A stretch of 64,000 nt of DNA from Camelus dromedarius. Taxonomy: Eukaryota. The stretch lies in assembly GCF_036321535.1 (NCBI RefSeq), contig NC_087437.1, positions 12,030,001 through 12,094,000 on the forward strand. Direction: 5' to 3'. Positions 38,355 to 49,900 of this stretch are shown piece by piece. Position 1 is the stretch's first letter. Each line of letters starts with the position of its first letter. The position numbers were made by a program, and so were the translations under genes. The notes below the pieces were generated by a model. It had not been told where the DNA came from. It saw only the letters and a list, made by a program, of their open reading frames with translations, and did not search any database.

Positions 38355-38825
38355 AAATCATCCAAATAACTAATATAACAGCGATTTAAAGTTTATAAAA
38401 CGATTTCACATAGTTTTATGCTTATGTAAGGACACGTTATATTAAAAAACTAAAAGCAAAATAGTTCTATTAAATTTTAAAATGAGCATCTATGCTTCTT
38501 GAATCTTTCCATTTGATCTGAAGTTTATTTAGCTTTTTGTAAGCACTGCTGGGATTCTCCTCTGTGTGGGACAAATTGTCAAAAGATCTAATATATAATG
38601 GCAACTTTAAATTTGTAAAATATATATATATTGGCAATGGCAACTTTATATATGGCAACTTTAAGTCTGTAAAGTAATTTCACATATTTTATGCATGTTA
38701 ATTAAAAAATTAAAAGCAAAATATTACCATTAAATTTTAAAGCGAGCATCTTGAGTCTTTCCATTTGATCTAAAATTTACTTAGATCTTTGTATACATTT
38801 CTGGGAGTAGCCTCTGCGTAGGACA
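38355..38825. repeat. Degenerate local tandem duplication (units ~38355-38572 and ~38573-38825)
   Basis: Both units share atttcacata, taaaagcaaaata, attaaattttaaa.gagcatct, tctttccatttgatct, ctggga...cctctg.gt.ggaca. Confidence 0.9.
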
Positions 38826-39934
38826 TCACACTAGAGTCTCTGGGATGGGATAAAGTACTCTTTGCTCAATTCCGAAAGCTGGTTTATAAATTGGGTGCTT
38901 TCTGAATGGATTGGTTACAAGATGTATTTGATTTGTACTTTTAATGTTTCCACCAAAATCCAGCAACTGGCTAGGTAATTCTAGGCTAGATTGGCACAGG
39001 TGTAAATAAATACAAGACTCATCACCCAGCCGTATCCTCTTCCCTTTGGGGGACACCCAAGACCAGAGGGCGGGGAGAAGGGGCAGGCTGCAGCACAGCA
39101 ACAGCGTGTTAACAGAAGTACCGTGCCATTGAAATGCTAATGTGGGTGAGCGTCACGTTGTAAGATTCGCATTGTTAGAAGGCAGCCTAACCACTTGAAT
39201 CACGTAGACTGAGTTTTATGGGAGACCTCTTATTTTATTCTTTGTGTATTTCATTTTCATCCTGTGTTTTCTTTGGAATTAATAGAGCCTCTTAAAAACT
39301 GCCGTCTATAAATTTTCTTTCCTACATATGTCTCTAAACAGTTTCATTTCTTCGTTTAAAACATTACAGCCATTTCAAAATGCCCTATTTTGTATTTAAT
39401 TTCACCATCTCATATAAAATACATGTTCTTCACATAATTATGTAAAAATGGGTTTGTGAATACCCTAGAGACCCATATGACGGGACATTATAGGATTCTA
39501 AGTAATAATAATCTCCTGTTTACATGAGACCTGATTTTCATGCCAGTTTTTCCACTTTAATAGATCCAGAACATGGCTTTACTCAAATATGCCGGTTTAT
39601 TCTGGTCCATGAAATACATTTGAAATATCCCAGATTAGTTAGCCTGGCAGAATGCACAAGTACATCTGATATTTTAGAGGTGAACGTAGTGGAGCCAGAG
39701 ATGGGAACCATTGTTGTCCTGTTTGCTCCGAGCAGAGCTAAACAAAGCCCAGCCGGGTTATTGGAATACCTAGGGCACAGGCTGGAGAGGAGGAAGCAGA
39801 AAAAGAAAAATACAAAGGGTAGAAAGTAGGCAATTAGGCAAAAGGGGAAAAAAAAGGAAAAGAAAAGGGATTGTATTATATAAATGAAAGCTTGAGCACA
39901 CCAAGCTCAATTGATACAAGGAAAATACAGTGTC

Positions 39935-40115
39935 CAGTGGTGGTTTTCAAGTGTGATCCCTGGACCAGTAGCATCAGCATCACCTGGAGACTTGTTAGAC
40001 ATGCAAATACTCATGTCCTATCCTATCCCCATCCTGAATCCGACCGGGATGGGGCCCAGAAATCTGAACAAAGCCTCCAGGTAATTCTTACGTTCACTTG
40101 GGTTTGGGAACTACC
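39935..40115 (+). mobile_element. MER5A hAT-Charlie MITE
   Basis: ccctggaccagtagcatcagcatcacctggagacttgttagacatgcaaat...gggatggggcccagaaatctg. Confidence 0.85.
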
Positions 40116-43100
40116 AATCTCTCCAAAGGGTGCATGTGTGGAAGGACCCCAGGCCCAGGTACAGGAGGTGCAAATCAAGGGCAAAGCCCAGCTGGTAGAG
40201 AGAGACATGGTAGTGGTGCTCTCCAGAGCACATGTTTTGAAAGCAGCACCTTTTCAGTGACTTCTAGGGTGACAACATCACGACAGAGTTAAGACAGTTG
40301 GAGGAACTGCGTGGAAGGCACAGAGGGATCCCGTCCAAGCGTGGGGTTCTGTGCTCCATCTGTCGCTCAGTGCTGGCTGGTCCCGTCTCCTGAAGTGTCA
40401 CTGCCCAGGCTTAAGTTCATGGTGCAGGCCAACCTTTAGCAGAAAGGAGGATCCAGGCAGAAGGCACAGCCCAGGCAGAGGGGGAAAACCATGGTGCCCT
40501 GGGGGACTAGGCGGGAATCAGGGCATCTAGAGGACAAAAGGGTGAGGGGGCGATGGGCAAAGGCAAGGCCACATGTGCAAGGCTGAGGAGTCATTGGACA
40601 CCCAACATAGAAAACATGTTATCTTGGTCTTGTGAGAATGAAATGAAATAAAACACTTGGGGAAATTTTCTCAGATTAGTGTTCCCAGGGACAAACTTTT
40701 GGGCCCCAAGGTAAATGGGGTCAATACTTTGTCACAATCCCCTACTGAAGGCCCATCTCTGGTACACTCACCCTGGAACACTTGGCTTTGATCTGGCCTG
40801 AAGGACTTGTCTATAGATATTTGAGAGAATGACAATCATCTAGTCAGTAGGAAATGAATGCCCACAACCTCCTAAAGAAGCAGAAAATGCAAGAGGAGAG
40901 ATGCTGTTTTTCAGGGCATTCCGTCCTCTTTTTCATGTTCATGAAAATATTCAGGACAATTTATTAATGAACCTTAGAGATAAAGCAAAGAAGGATTTGA
41001 CTCATGTTTGCTTTCCTATAGAGAATAAATTGTGAAAATTTGGAATAGGGAAAACATGGAAATACACTTTTGCTGTCGGCAGTGCATTGCAATTAACTCT
41101 GTATTTAAAGGGTGATTATCAAAATATTTTACCATCTGTATAGCTAGACAGGAACAACTAATTCAGTCTTGTCCATCACCTTCCTTCTTACAAAGGAGCA
41201 TTTGGTTCTTTCTGTGGTGTAAGCAATGATTAGGGAAATATATGGTAAATAATGTTTTCATTATATATTAATTGAATGTGTTTCCCTCTACTTTTAACAG
41301 AATTAAATGCACACACATTTTCTGAGATTTTAAACTTGTCTTTGTACCTCTCTAGGATGCATTTCTAGGCTTTCCTTTCCCCAAACGCATTCTGTCCTTC
41401 ACCACCACCCAGTCCTGACCACTCACCACCACTTCGCTCTTTGAGTTCAAAAGACCTCCCTTCTAAGTCCCACGAGGGCAAGACTGTGTGGGCTTGGCTT
41501 GCGCTCGGCTTCGAGCACCATGCCGGGCACAGCAGGTGCTCAGTAAACTTTCATTAAATCAACGACTTGCTATGGAAGATGGCTCTGTGTCCTTGCTTTG
41601 GAAGCTGTTCTCTTTCCCGTCTTCTCCTCTTGCCTTCTTCCCTCCTCTCTCCCGGATGGAGTCATTACAAAGACATTAAACCCAGTCCTCAATTTCTCTA
41701 AGTTGTTTATGCACCTCATTCAGTGATGTTAAAAGGCAACAAAGACCCCTGGTAGAACTAATTTTTTTTTTTGCATCCGAAGCCGTGTAATTTAGAGACA
41801 TAGCATAGGTCACAATGCACATTAATTATGAAAGAATATGTAACATTGGAACTACGAAATGTGGCCAGGAAAATATTTCTGACTGTTTAGTGTCCACTGG
41901 ACTTCGTTTAGTTGTGGCCGCTTCCAGGGAGAGGCTAATGGAAAGTGGGAGCTGGGGGTTGAGAGCACATCGATGCACGTAGATAAAAGAGTTCATGGGC
42001 AGGGTTTCACGCAATTTGAATGTGAAGTGGTATTATGCATCTCTTTCATTTAAATAACCTAAAATGAGTAATCCACTCCCCAGAACATTTGATAAAAATC
42101 CTTGGAAGTTTGCCAGCAGGCACGGTGGGAGGAAGAAATGCATATTCAAAAGAAGAGAAAAAAGCAAGAGGGAGCGAGAGAAAATGAGGGAGCCAACCCT
42201 GAAAAAAAAAAAAACCACCCATACCTGATTTATTTTCTAAAAAAATGGAAACATCTTCGTTAACAATTGCTTTAAAGGGCCAGGGCCTCACTTGACAATG
42301 CTAAGAAATGCATTCTTTGGAAGACACTATCTTGGAGACGCAGTGCATTTAAGGAAGGACCCCAGAACACTTCTTCTGCATTGTGTTCACCTCAGGCGAC
42401 AGATCCCTGAACTGGAAGCTTGGTTCTGGGGTGTCAAAACACCTCGGTGCGGTGGTGATGGTTGCCATAGAGACAACGGATGATGGAGGGCTGGATGATA
42501 GACGCCGAGGAGAGAGTAGATAAATGATCTCATATGTCAGGAGAGGCCTTTGTGCCTAGGAAATTACAGAGTTTTTTTTTTTTCCCCAGAAACAATTCTT
42601 CTGTCAAAATCAAAAATAGAACTCTTTGCTTTCCTCCCACTCTATATGCATTCCACTACTCTTCCAAAGCTTTGCTCTTATTATCACATTTGAGATGTGT
42701 TCCGCCCATTCAATTCCTGCTTGACTTCTTGTCAAGGAGATTCACTTTCTTCGGAGGTTAAATGCACTCCCAGTGCCAGGGTGCAAGGGCGTAGACAGCT
42801 GACCACTCAGGTTTCTTTATTTTACCATAAATGAGGGCCCCGTTTGTTCTTATTTTGTCCTTTTTGGGACTCAAACCAGTTTTTTTTTCCTTTTTCTTCT
42901 TCCTTACTTTCTACTTATTTGTTTCTCCCTTTCCTTCTCTGTCCTCACCTGCCCCCCAATCTCTTGTTCATCTCTGTGTCCCCCTGACTTTCCCCCTCTG
43001 TTTTCTGTCCCTATTCCTTTTATGGGTAGGAAAAATACACAATTAGAAAAGTTAGAAAAATATACAAATACCTCTGTGTGTCTTTCTAATTTCAGACATT

Positions 43101-43789
43101 CTAATACATGGGGTCCACCTGATTCTTCAAATGGCAATGGGCAATTCCTGCAGATAGATATACAGGGTTTACAAAATGGTCGTGAGAGGCTACCTTGAAA
43201 ACCCACGTTAAAAGTTGGCATGTGCCCACGGGTCTGGATCCCAGAAAAGACTCTGTAGAATAAATCGGTACAAACGTGGACTCAAAGCTATCATTTTCTC
43301 TGCAGTGTAACCGCTGACAGCCTGAAAAATCAGACCCCATTTTATGGGCCGTTAAACAGCAACCGAGACCTAAATTGTGCAAGAAGCCACAGAAAATCAT
43401 GAGGAAATCTGAAGTCAGGATGTGCTCCCTGGGGCAGCTTTAGAAAATCATAGAACAAATTCAATTCCTTCATCTTACAGGTTAAAAATGAGGTGCAGAG
43501 AGCTTGTGATTCGCTCAAGGCTTTAGAACTGTGACGACGCCAAGGATCTAGAACCTAGGGATGCTGACATGTTGTCACGCGGCTTTTCTGGTCCACCCAC
43601 CCAATGCAGAAAGGCTGTGTGAGAAGGAATGGAGAGAGACAGAGAGTGGTTCCTGCCAATGGCCTGGAATTTGAGGCTCTTCTCCAAGTTGGGAGGAAGT
43701 GGAGAAAGGAAATATTTCTAAGATAAAAGAGAGAGACTCATGTTTATTCTGCAGAGGGTGAGGGAAGAGGCGGGGCAAAGAAGATAATA

Positions 43790-43930
43790 ATTAGAAATAT
43801 CTCTGGATCTCAGCTTTCTCATTCATCAAACAGAGATAACAATATTTTCACTGTAAGTCTGCTGTCATGATTAAATGAGAAAAAAATGTAGAGAGCTTGA
43901 TCTACAGCAGGCATTCAAATAGTAACCGTT
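43790..43930 (+). mobile_element. MIR SINE (a further MIR piece, -, at ~43440-43570)
   Basis: tctctggatctcagctttctcattcatcaaacagagataacaata...gattaaatgaga. Confidence 0.65.
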
Positions 43931-44324
43931 GGTGTTTCGGGTTTGTGACTTTCTCTTTAACCACCCTCAAGAATGGTTAGCACTCATGTCTTCATGGTCT
44001 GGAGTTCCTGAAGCTGGAACTTTTAAACAAGCTGAAGGTTGTTGATGTGCAAACTAATTCCACCCAGCTCAGAGACCAGAATCTGAGAACCTGGCCCCAC
44101 GCTGTTTCCTTCTCAGTGTGATCCCAGCCACCGTTGGTGGGTTGCAACTCTACCCAGGGAGAGTAACACACAGACAGGACAGCTGGTTGTCAAAAGTGGC
44201 CAACAGCTGCCACATGCATGAAAATATCTGTAATTTGGTCTCAATTCTGATAAAGGCTCATCTGTTGGCTCTTCTTACCATTGTAGTGACTGCTCATGGT
44301 CATAGGTTATCTCAAAGTGTAGGA

Positions 44325-44740
44325 TGGACTTAGTCCACTTCCCCAGGAAACAGAGTCTCAGCTGTTATTTATACAGAGAAAGTTTATTGGAACATGCCCT
44401 TGGGAGCTATACCTGTGCGAGAATGAGGAAAGCTGGACCAGGTGGGAGAAGGAATTCAATACAGTTCCAGCGGCTGACGTGGTTCTCAGCCAGACCCTCG
44501 ATGCACCATGGAGCTGGGATGGTTCTCTTGAATTGTCCAGACTTGAGGCAGAGGGGTGGGGTCTTCTGGCTGTCCCTGCGGAGGAGGAGTGATATGGAAC
44601 AGGTGTTTCCCTTCTGCTGAGAGAGATGGTCAGAGAGGCCTCAGCTGAGCTGGCAGCAGCCAACATTTCAGGCAGCGGGGGTGGTGAGTGCCCTTCTGAA
44701 GTGGGGTCTAGACAGAGCACTCCAGAGCCCAGCTCAGAAG
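44325..44740 (-). mobile_element. ERVL LTR16A/C-like solo LTR
   Basis: ttccccaggaaacagagtctc...aagtttattggaacatgcccttggg...ggagctgggatggttctc...cagcagccaacatttcaggcagc resembles reverse-complemented LTR16. Confidence 0.7.
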
Positions 44741-45639
44741 CCCATGCTACCTCCTAAATAGAGCTGAGCAGCTTGGGGAGTGTTGGCTTGGGTCCTGGGG
44801 GGCCTTGAGTCATAGGAAAGGGACCCAAGACCCTGGGAACCCAAGGACACATTATTTGTCTCTCTGAAGGAAGACTGAAACCAGACCTCCCTCAAATGCT
44901 AACAAGGCTCATGGTTTTATAAATATTATTGGGGAGTCTTTGGCTGAAAACAGGCCCATCAAAGTTGTCAGTCGTGGGCCTGGAGAGAACACGTCAAATG
45001 TTCTCCCAGGTTGCCTCAGCCTTCTGTTGGAGAGTGAACCAGCGGCAGAGAGGGGGTCCGGTGCACAAAGCCACAGCTGTGAGGAAGCCAGAAGGCTGGT
45101 TCTGAGGAGAGCCGGGACCACTCACGGAGCGTGAGAAAATAAAAGTGTTATCCAGAAATTATGAGGCTAGCAGCTAACCTTGGACTGTGATGATTTGGAG
45201 GTTTCAAGCACAGCTGTGTGCTGCTAGAATTTTCCAGAGAATGTATTCAAATTTGGCCTCATTTTGTACATGGAGCTGTAAGACCACTGCTTTAAGTTTT
45301 CTAGTTCTATGCTAACTAAGCCATATTATTCTCACATCTTCACCAAGAGTTTATATCCCCCTAAGAGTCCAATGTTAAGTTTCCATTTCTCTTGTGTGAG
45401 CGATTTCTGCTTCAGTTTTATGGACTTAGCCTAACTCATTCATCCATCCCATGAGCCAAGTGACATCAAGGTAAAGTCTTCGGTATGGACGAGTTAAAGC
45501 GTGTCTGACTGAACGTGCTGATCTCCAAAGACAGTTTGGATAATTCAGCCTTAACCCTGCTCTTGAGACCAAATGTTTTTACCAGAAATGTTATTAATAA
45601 TCAACATTTTTTCCTGGATGACTGGCTTACCCAAAGCTA

Positions 45640-47190
45640 CTCTTTGAGGAAATTAAAAGTGCTCCTAAGCGAGGCTGAACCAGAGCTAAGTTCTTCCTTC
45701 CTCTCCTCCCTGTCTGCTCATCTGCCCCTGCTGCCACCTGTGCCTGGCAGTAGGCGCATTAATAAATCCGATTTCTCAGAAAGTAGCACCATATTTCACT
45801 CAGTTGCCAAAGACAGACGTGTGGGAATCATATTAAACTTCATCCTCTCTTGTACCGTGTCTATTTAATATGTCACCAGATACTGCCTGTTCTCTCTTCT
45901 AAATGCCTGATCTGTGTCTTCATAGTCTTTGCTTCCACTGCCTTGTTCTGAAACTAGTTCTCTCTGACCTAGTTACAATTAGACGGAAATCCCTCATCCT
46001 GGCTTGACCCCACTTCGACCATCTTCATACCACCAGCATAAGAATGATCTCAAACAAATCCTTCATCCTTTCCTTTTTAACACCCCAGGGGAAGTTTTAG
46101 ATCCCTGTGATTATCAAAGAAGGCTCTTCACGATCTGACCCTTACCTGCTTCATTAGCTTTTTCCCCGTCTCATGGACTCCTGCTCCATTCACCCCAGAC
46201 TGTTTCCCCTGTCATCTCATGATGTTTCCCACAGCTAGACGTGCCCTTCATCCCCAGGCCAACAACGATTTTTATCTATTGATCGACTGATTTATCTATC
46301 TATTTATTTTTTATTGATGTGTAGTGATTTACAATGTTAGTTTCAGGTGTACAGCTAAGCAATTCCATTATACAGATACATACATATATATTGTTTTCAG
46401 ATTCTTTTCCATTATATGTCATTACAAAAAATAGAATATAGTTCCCTGTATTATATAGCTCCTTATATAAGTAGGTCCTTCTTGTTTATCTTATAAATAG
46501 TAATGTGTCTCTGTTAATCCCAAACTCCTAATTTATCCCTCCACCACCCTTTCCCCTTTGTTAACCATAGTTTGTTTTCTGTGTGAGTCTATTTTTGGTT
46601 TGTAAATAAGATTTGTCTTTTTTTGTTTGTTTGTTTCTTTTTTCTTTTTTTTTTTTTTTAAGATTCTACGTCTGAGTGGTATCATATGGAGCTGTGGGAA
46701 TCATGCTCCCTGACTTAAGACTATACTACAAAGCTACAGTAATCAAAACAGTATGGAACTGGCACAAAAACAGACACATAGATCAATGAAACAGGATAGA
46801 AAGTCTTGAAATAAACCCACACACTTATGGTCAATTAACCTATGACAAAGGAAGCAAGAATATACAATGAAGAGAAGACAGTTCCTTCAATAAGTCGTGC
46901 TGGGAAACCAGGCCAACAACTATTGCCCAAGATGCAGCTGAAGCATCACCCCCTCCATGAGGTGTTCCTCTGAGGTCCCCAGCCCACGTACATTCCCTGC
47001 CAGACTGCTCGCCCGCTCTGTGCTTTCATACATCTGTCAAGATGTTCAAATTTGTTAAGAAATATGGTAGTCTGTAGACATGTCGTTATCTCCAGTTAGA
47101 AAGGAAATAAAGGGCAGAATTATCCTTTTCTCCATATTTACAGTGTCTAGGACAGGATTTGGCATTTAATACAGGTCCAGAAAGTGTTGT
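45640..47190 (+). mobile_element. L2 LINE 3' region, interrupted by an L1 at 46271-46907
   Basis: cactcagttgccaaagacagac...gggaatcatatt, ttcacgatctgacccttacctg, ending cagtgtctaggacaggatttggcat. Confidence 0.65.
46271..46907 (-). mobile_element. Lineage-specific L1 with 5' inversion (twin priming)
   Basis: - strand 3'UTR 46271-46689 joined to + strand ORF2 piece 46690-46907 ([30 protein letters not shown]); 17-bp TSD ccaggccaacaac(g/t)att at 46254-46270 and 46908-46924. Confidence 0.92.
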
Positions 47191-48004
47191 AAGTTTAGCC
47201 TTTCAGTGGACAAGAACGTGATACATAATGCTTTTAGCTCTTAAGATCAGAGAAGTTTGGCTTTTAATTATAAAGCAATATTAATTCTTTAGTCAAAAGA
47301 CACATATGATAACATTATTTTTCACTCAGACTAATTAAGTGCTTGAAGTTCTCAGAGCTATGGGTGCAAGTAATTTGTTCCTTCTCTGTCCTGAAGAAAG
47401 AATAGCTATCAAATAATTCCATATTTGGTTCATTCCAGAATAAATATAATTTAAACACTTACTCTCTAGCTGATTCTGTTGGGTCTATCTACCCCCCTAC
47501 TCCCCCTACCCTTGTTCCTCCCCTCCATATCTTTACAGTCACTGCTTCAGTTTATATCTGGTTGTCTGGTTGTACAAAAAAGAAGCCACTCAAGGTATCT
47601 CTGATAAAGGGCATTTAATCACAGGAGTATGTGTAGGGAAGTTGGGGGGACAAGGACAGCAGAATCAGAGCCACTGTGCATTGCAGACTCAGGGAGTATG
47701 AGGCCGAGGACAGTTCTTGACCCAAGGCAGCTCCAGGAATCAGTCATGCTGGGTGCTAGCATGACGCAGGCGGTGGCCCACAGTGGGTTGGCACTCTTGG
47801 GTCAGGTGCCCACTGGCCGTTCAAACAGAGATCTGGGGGCAGGTCCAGTGACAGGTAGATAAATGGTGCTGCCTAACCTCCCCCCAACTCCCACTCCAGC
47901 GACATGGGTGGAGCAGATGCCCTTAGAAAAGAGTGAGCAAGTGGGCAAAAAGTGATTCACATCTCCCACATGACCACAGGAGTCCTTATTCCATCCTGTA
48001 AGTG

Positions 48005-48243
48005 CACACCATACAGATAAAATAGATGGAAATAAACCCAGGGGAGTAGTAAGTGTAACCAAAAGATTAGCAGGTGATCAGTTTTGAGAACTTATTACCT
48101 TTATCTTGATATAATTTTATTGTATGTGTATACAATATAATTTTTGTTAGTGCTTGTGTTTAACCACTGGCTCTCAAAAATACCTGAAAATGTAGTGTCT
48201 GGCTCTCTTGAGCCAGGGCGAACCAGGCTTCCACACAACCCCA
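48005..48243 (-). mobile_element. MER63-like hAT-Blackjack element
   Basis: ccatacagataaaatagatggaaataa...gtgatcagttttgag...ggctctcaaaaatacctgaaaat...ggctctcttgagccag matches the recalled reverse-complemented MER63 5' part. Confidence 0.7.
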
Positions 48244-48277
48244 GCAGGACTATAGCAGTTCTGACTCCATAGCTTTT

Positions 48278-48919
48278 TTTTTCCTTTTTCTTTTTTAACC
48301 TTAATTGTATGATTCCTGTGCAGTAAACTGCAGATATTTGAGATGAACAATTTGATGAATTTTGATAGATGTATACACCCATGAAAGCACCACCACAATC
48401 AAGATAGCTAACATTCCATCACTCCCCAAGAGGTGCAATTTTTGAATTCCCAGTTTAGCCTTTCCCACCCCTTTTACCCCCTGGTAACCATAAGTTTGTT
48501 CTCTATGTCTGTGACTCTGTTTCTGTTTTGTAGATGAGTTCATTTGTGTCCTTTTTTGCAGATTCCACACATAAGCAATATCATATGATATTTTTCTTTC
48601 TTTCTGACTTACTTCACTTAAAATGACAATCTCCAGGTCCATCCATGTTGCTACAAATGGCATTATTTTACTCTTTTTAATGGCTGAGTAGTATTCCATT
48701 GTATAAATATACCACAACTTTTTTATCCAGTCATTGGTTAATGGACATTTAGGTTGTTTCCATGTCTTGGATATTGTATATAGTGCTACTGTGAACATTG
48801 GGGTACATATGCCTTTTTGAATTATGGTTTTCTCCAGATATATGCCCAGGAATGGGATTGCTGAATCATATAATGATTCCTTAAAAAACTAAAAATAGAC
48901 TTACCATATGATACAGCAA
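48278..48919 (-). mobile_element. Chimeric L1: short inversion, young ORF2 end/3'UTR, ancient L1M 3' end, tail
   Basis: Perfect 12-bp TSD tccatagctttt at 48266-48277 and 48920-48931; ORF2 C-terminus [31 protein letters not shown]; inverted FLKKLKIDLPYDTAI at ~48878-48919; L1M-like 3' end at ~48297-48432. Confidence 0.88.
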
Positions 48920-49739
48920 TCCATAGCTTTTGATAGTCAGGTTTTTGAACCCTGGTGTTCACAGTAAAGAGTCTCGCATATTGGGCTTGTCAAAAATACC
49001 GCAGAATGTGAAGAGGGCTTATGCCTTCCTGGCCGTTAGAAGATTTCTGCAGCCATCAGGAAGCACTAAGTCAACTTGAGAATTAATCATTTATTCAAAA
49101 TACATTCTCCTTATATGCCTTCTAATAAAAGCAAAGAGAAAGAAACTGTTTTTTCTGTTTTTATTTAGTTATTTGGTTCCTAGATGTCTGCCAAAGTGAC
49201 CATAAAGGAAATTTAATTAAACAAAAAATGGAGTCATTGAAATTCTCTCACACTCTGATTTTTAGAAATGCATGCTTCTCCCTTTTAAGGTTTTCCTTTT
49301 TTCTTTTTCACTGGTTGGAAGTTTTCCTGGCATTTCTTCCAGAATGACCATAGTCAGGGCTCTCTGCATTACACGCTGAGGGTAAACCTCATGGAGACCG
49401 CCAGTCTGCAAAGACACCAAGCGTGTGGTTAAGTTGAAAAAATTTAGAGTCCTGAGTTCATAAAACTTAGGTTTGCTCATAAGATGTTTCTTGATGCCTG
49501 GTGGGATAAGGTCTTTTGACCACAAACCCCATGTAGTCACCCCCTCGTATTTACACTGGGATTTGCACTGGAGATTTTTCATGTCCTCTCAAGGAGGATT
49601 TTAAGTCTAAAAGGTGGCTGGGATTAAAAAAAAACAACAGAATAATTTGACGGTGAACTCTTTGGTTTTTGCTCTTCAGAGAAAAAGGAGGTGAAAAGCA
49701 AGGAATAAGAGGACTGAGGCAGAGAGGATAACACACTGT

Positions 49740-49900
49740 ACTGTGTTCCAAGGTCTTTGTTTATATTTGTCTGTTTAATCTCCATAAAACCCTATAAAAC
49801 CAGCATTATCATCTTTACTTTCACAGTTGAAAAACTGGTTGTTCAGAGAAGTTAGGAGACTTCTAACTGCTGATAATTAGATTTGGGGTTTGGGTCCTCG
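49740..49900 (-). mobile_element. MIR SINE
   Basis: tgtttaatctccataaaaccctataa...cattatcatctttactttcacagttgaaaaactgg..cagagaagttagg. Confidence 0.65.

Noticed and set aside
42850..43022. Pyrimidine-rich tract and its hydrophobic ORFs
   Set aside because: Low-complexity T/C sequence; the apparent membrane-like peptides are compositional artefacts.
45641..45666. Short similarity to Tigger1 (gaggaaattaaaagtgct)
   Set aside because: Only ~18 bp, with no flanking Tigger similarity and adjacent to L2 sequence; probably chance.
48301..48798. 165-aa ORF reading across the chimeric L1 junction
   Set aside because: ORF2 C-terminus that frameshifts into UTR sequence; no promoter or intact domain beyond the fragment.
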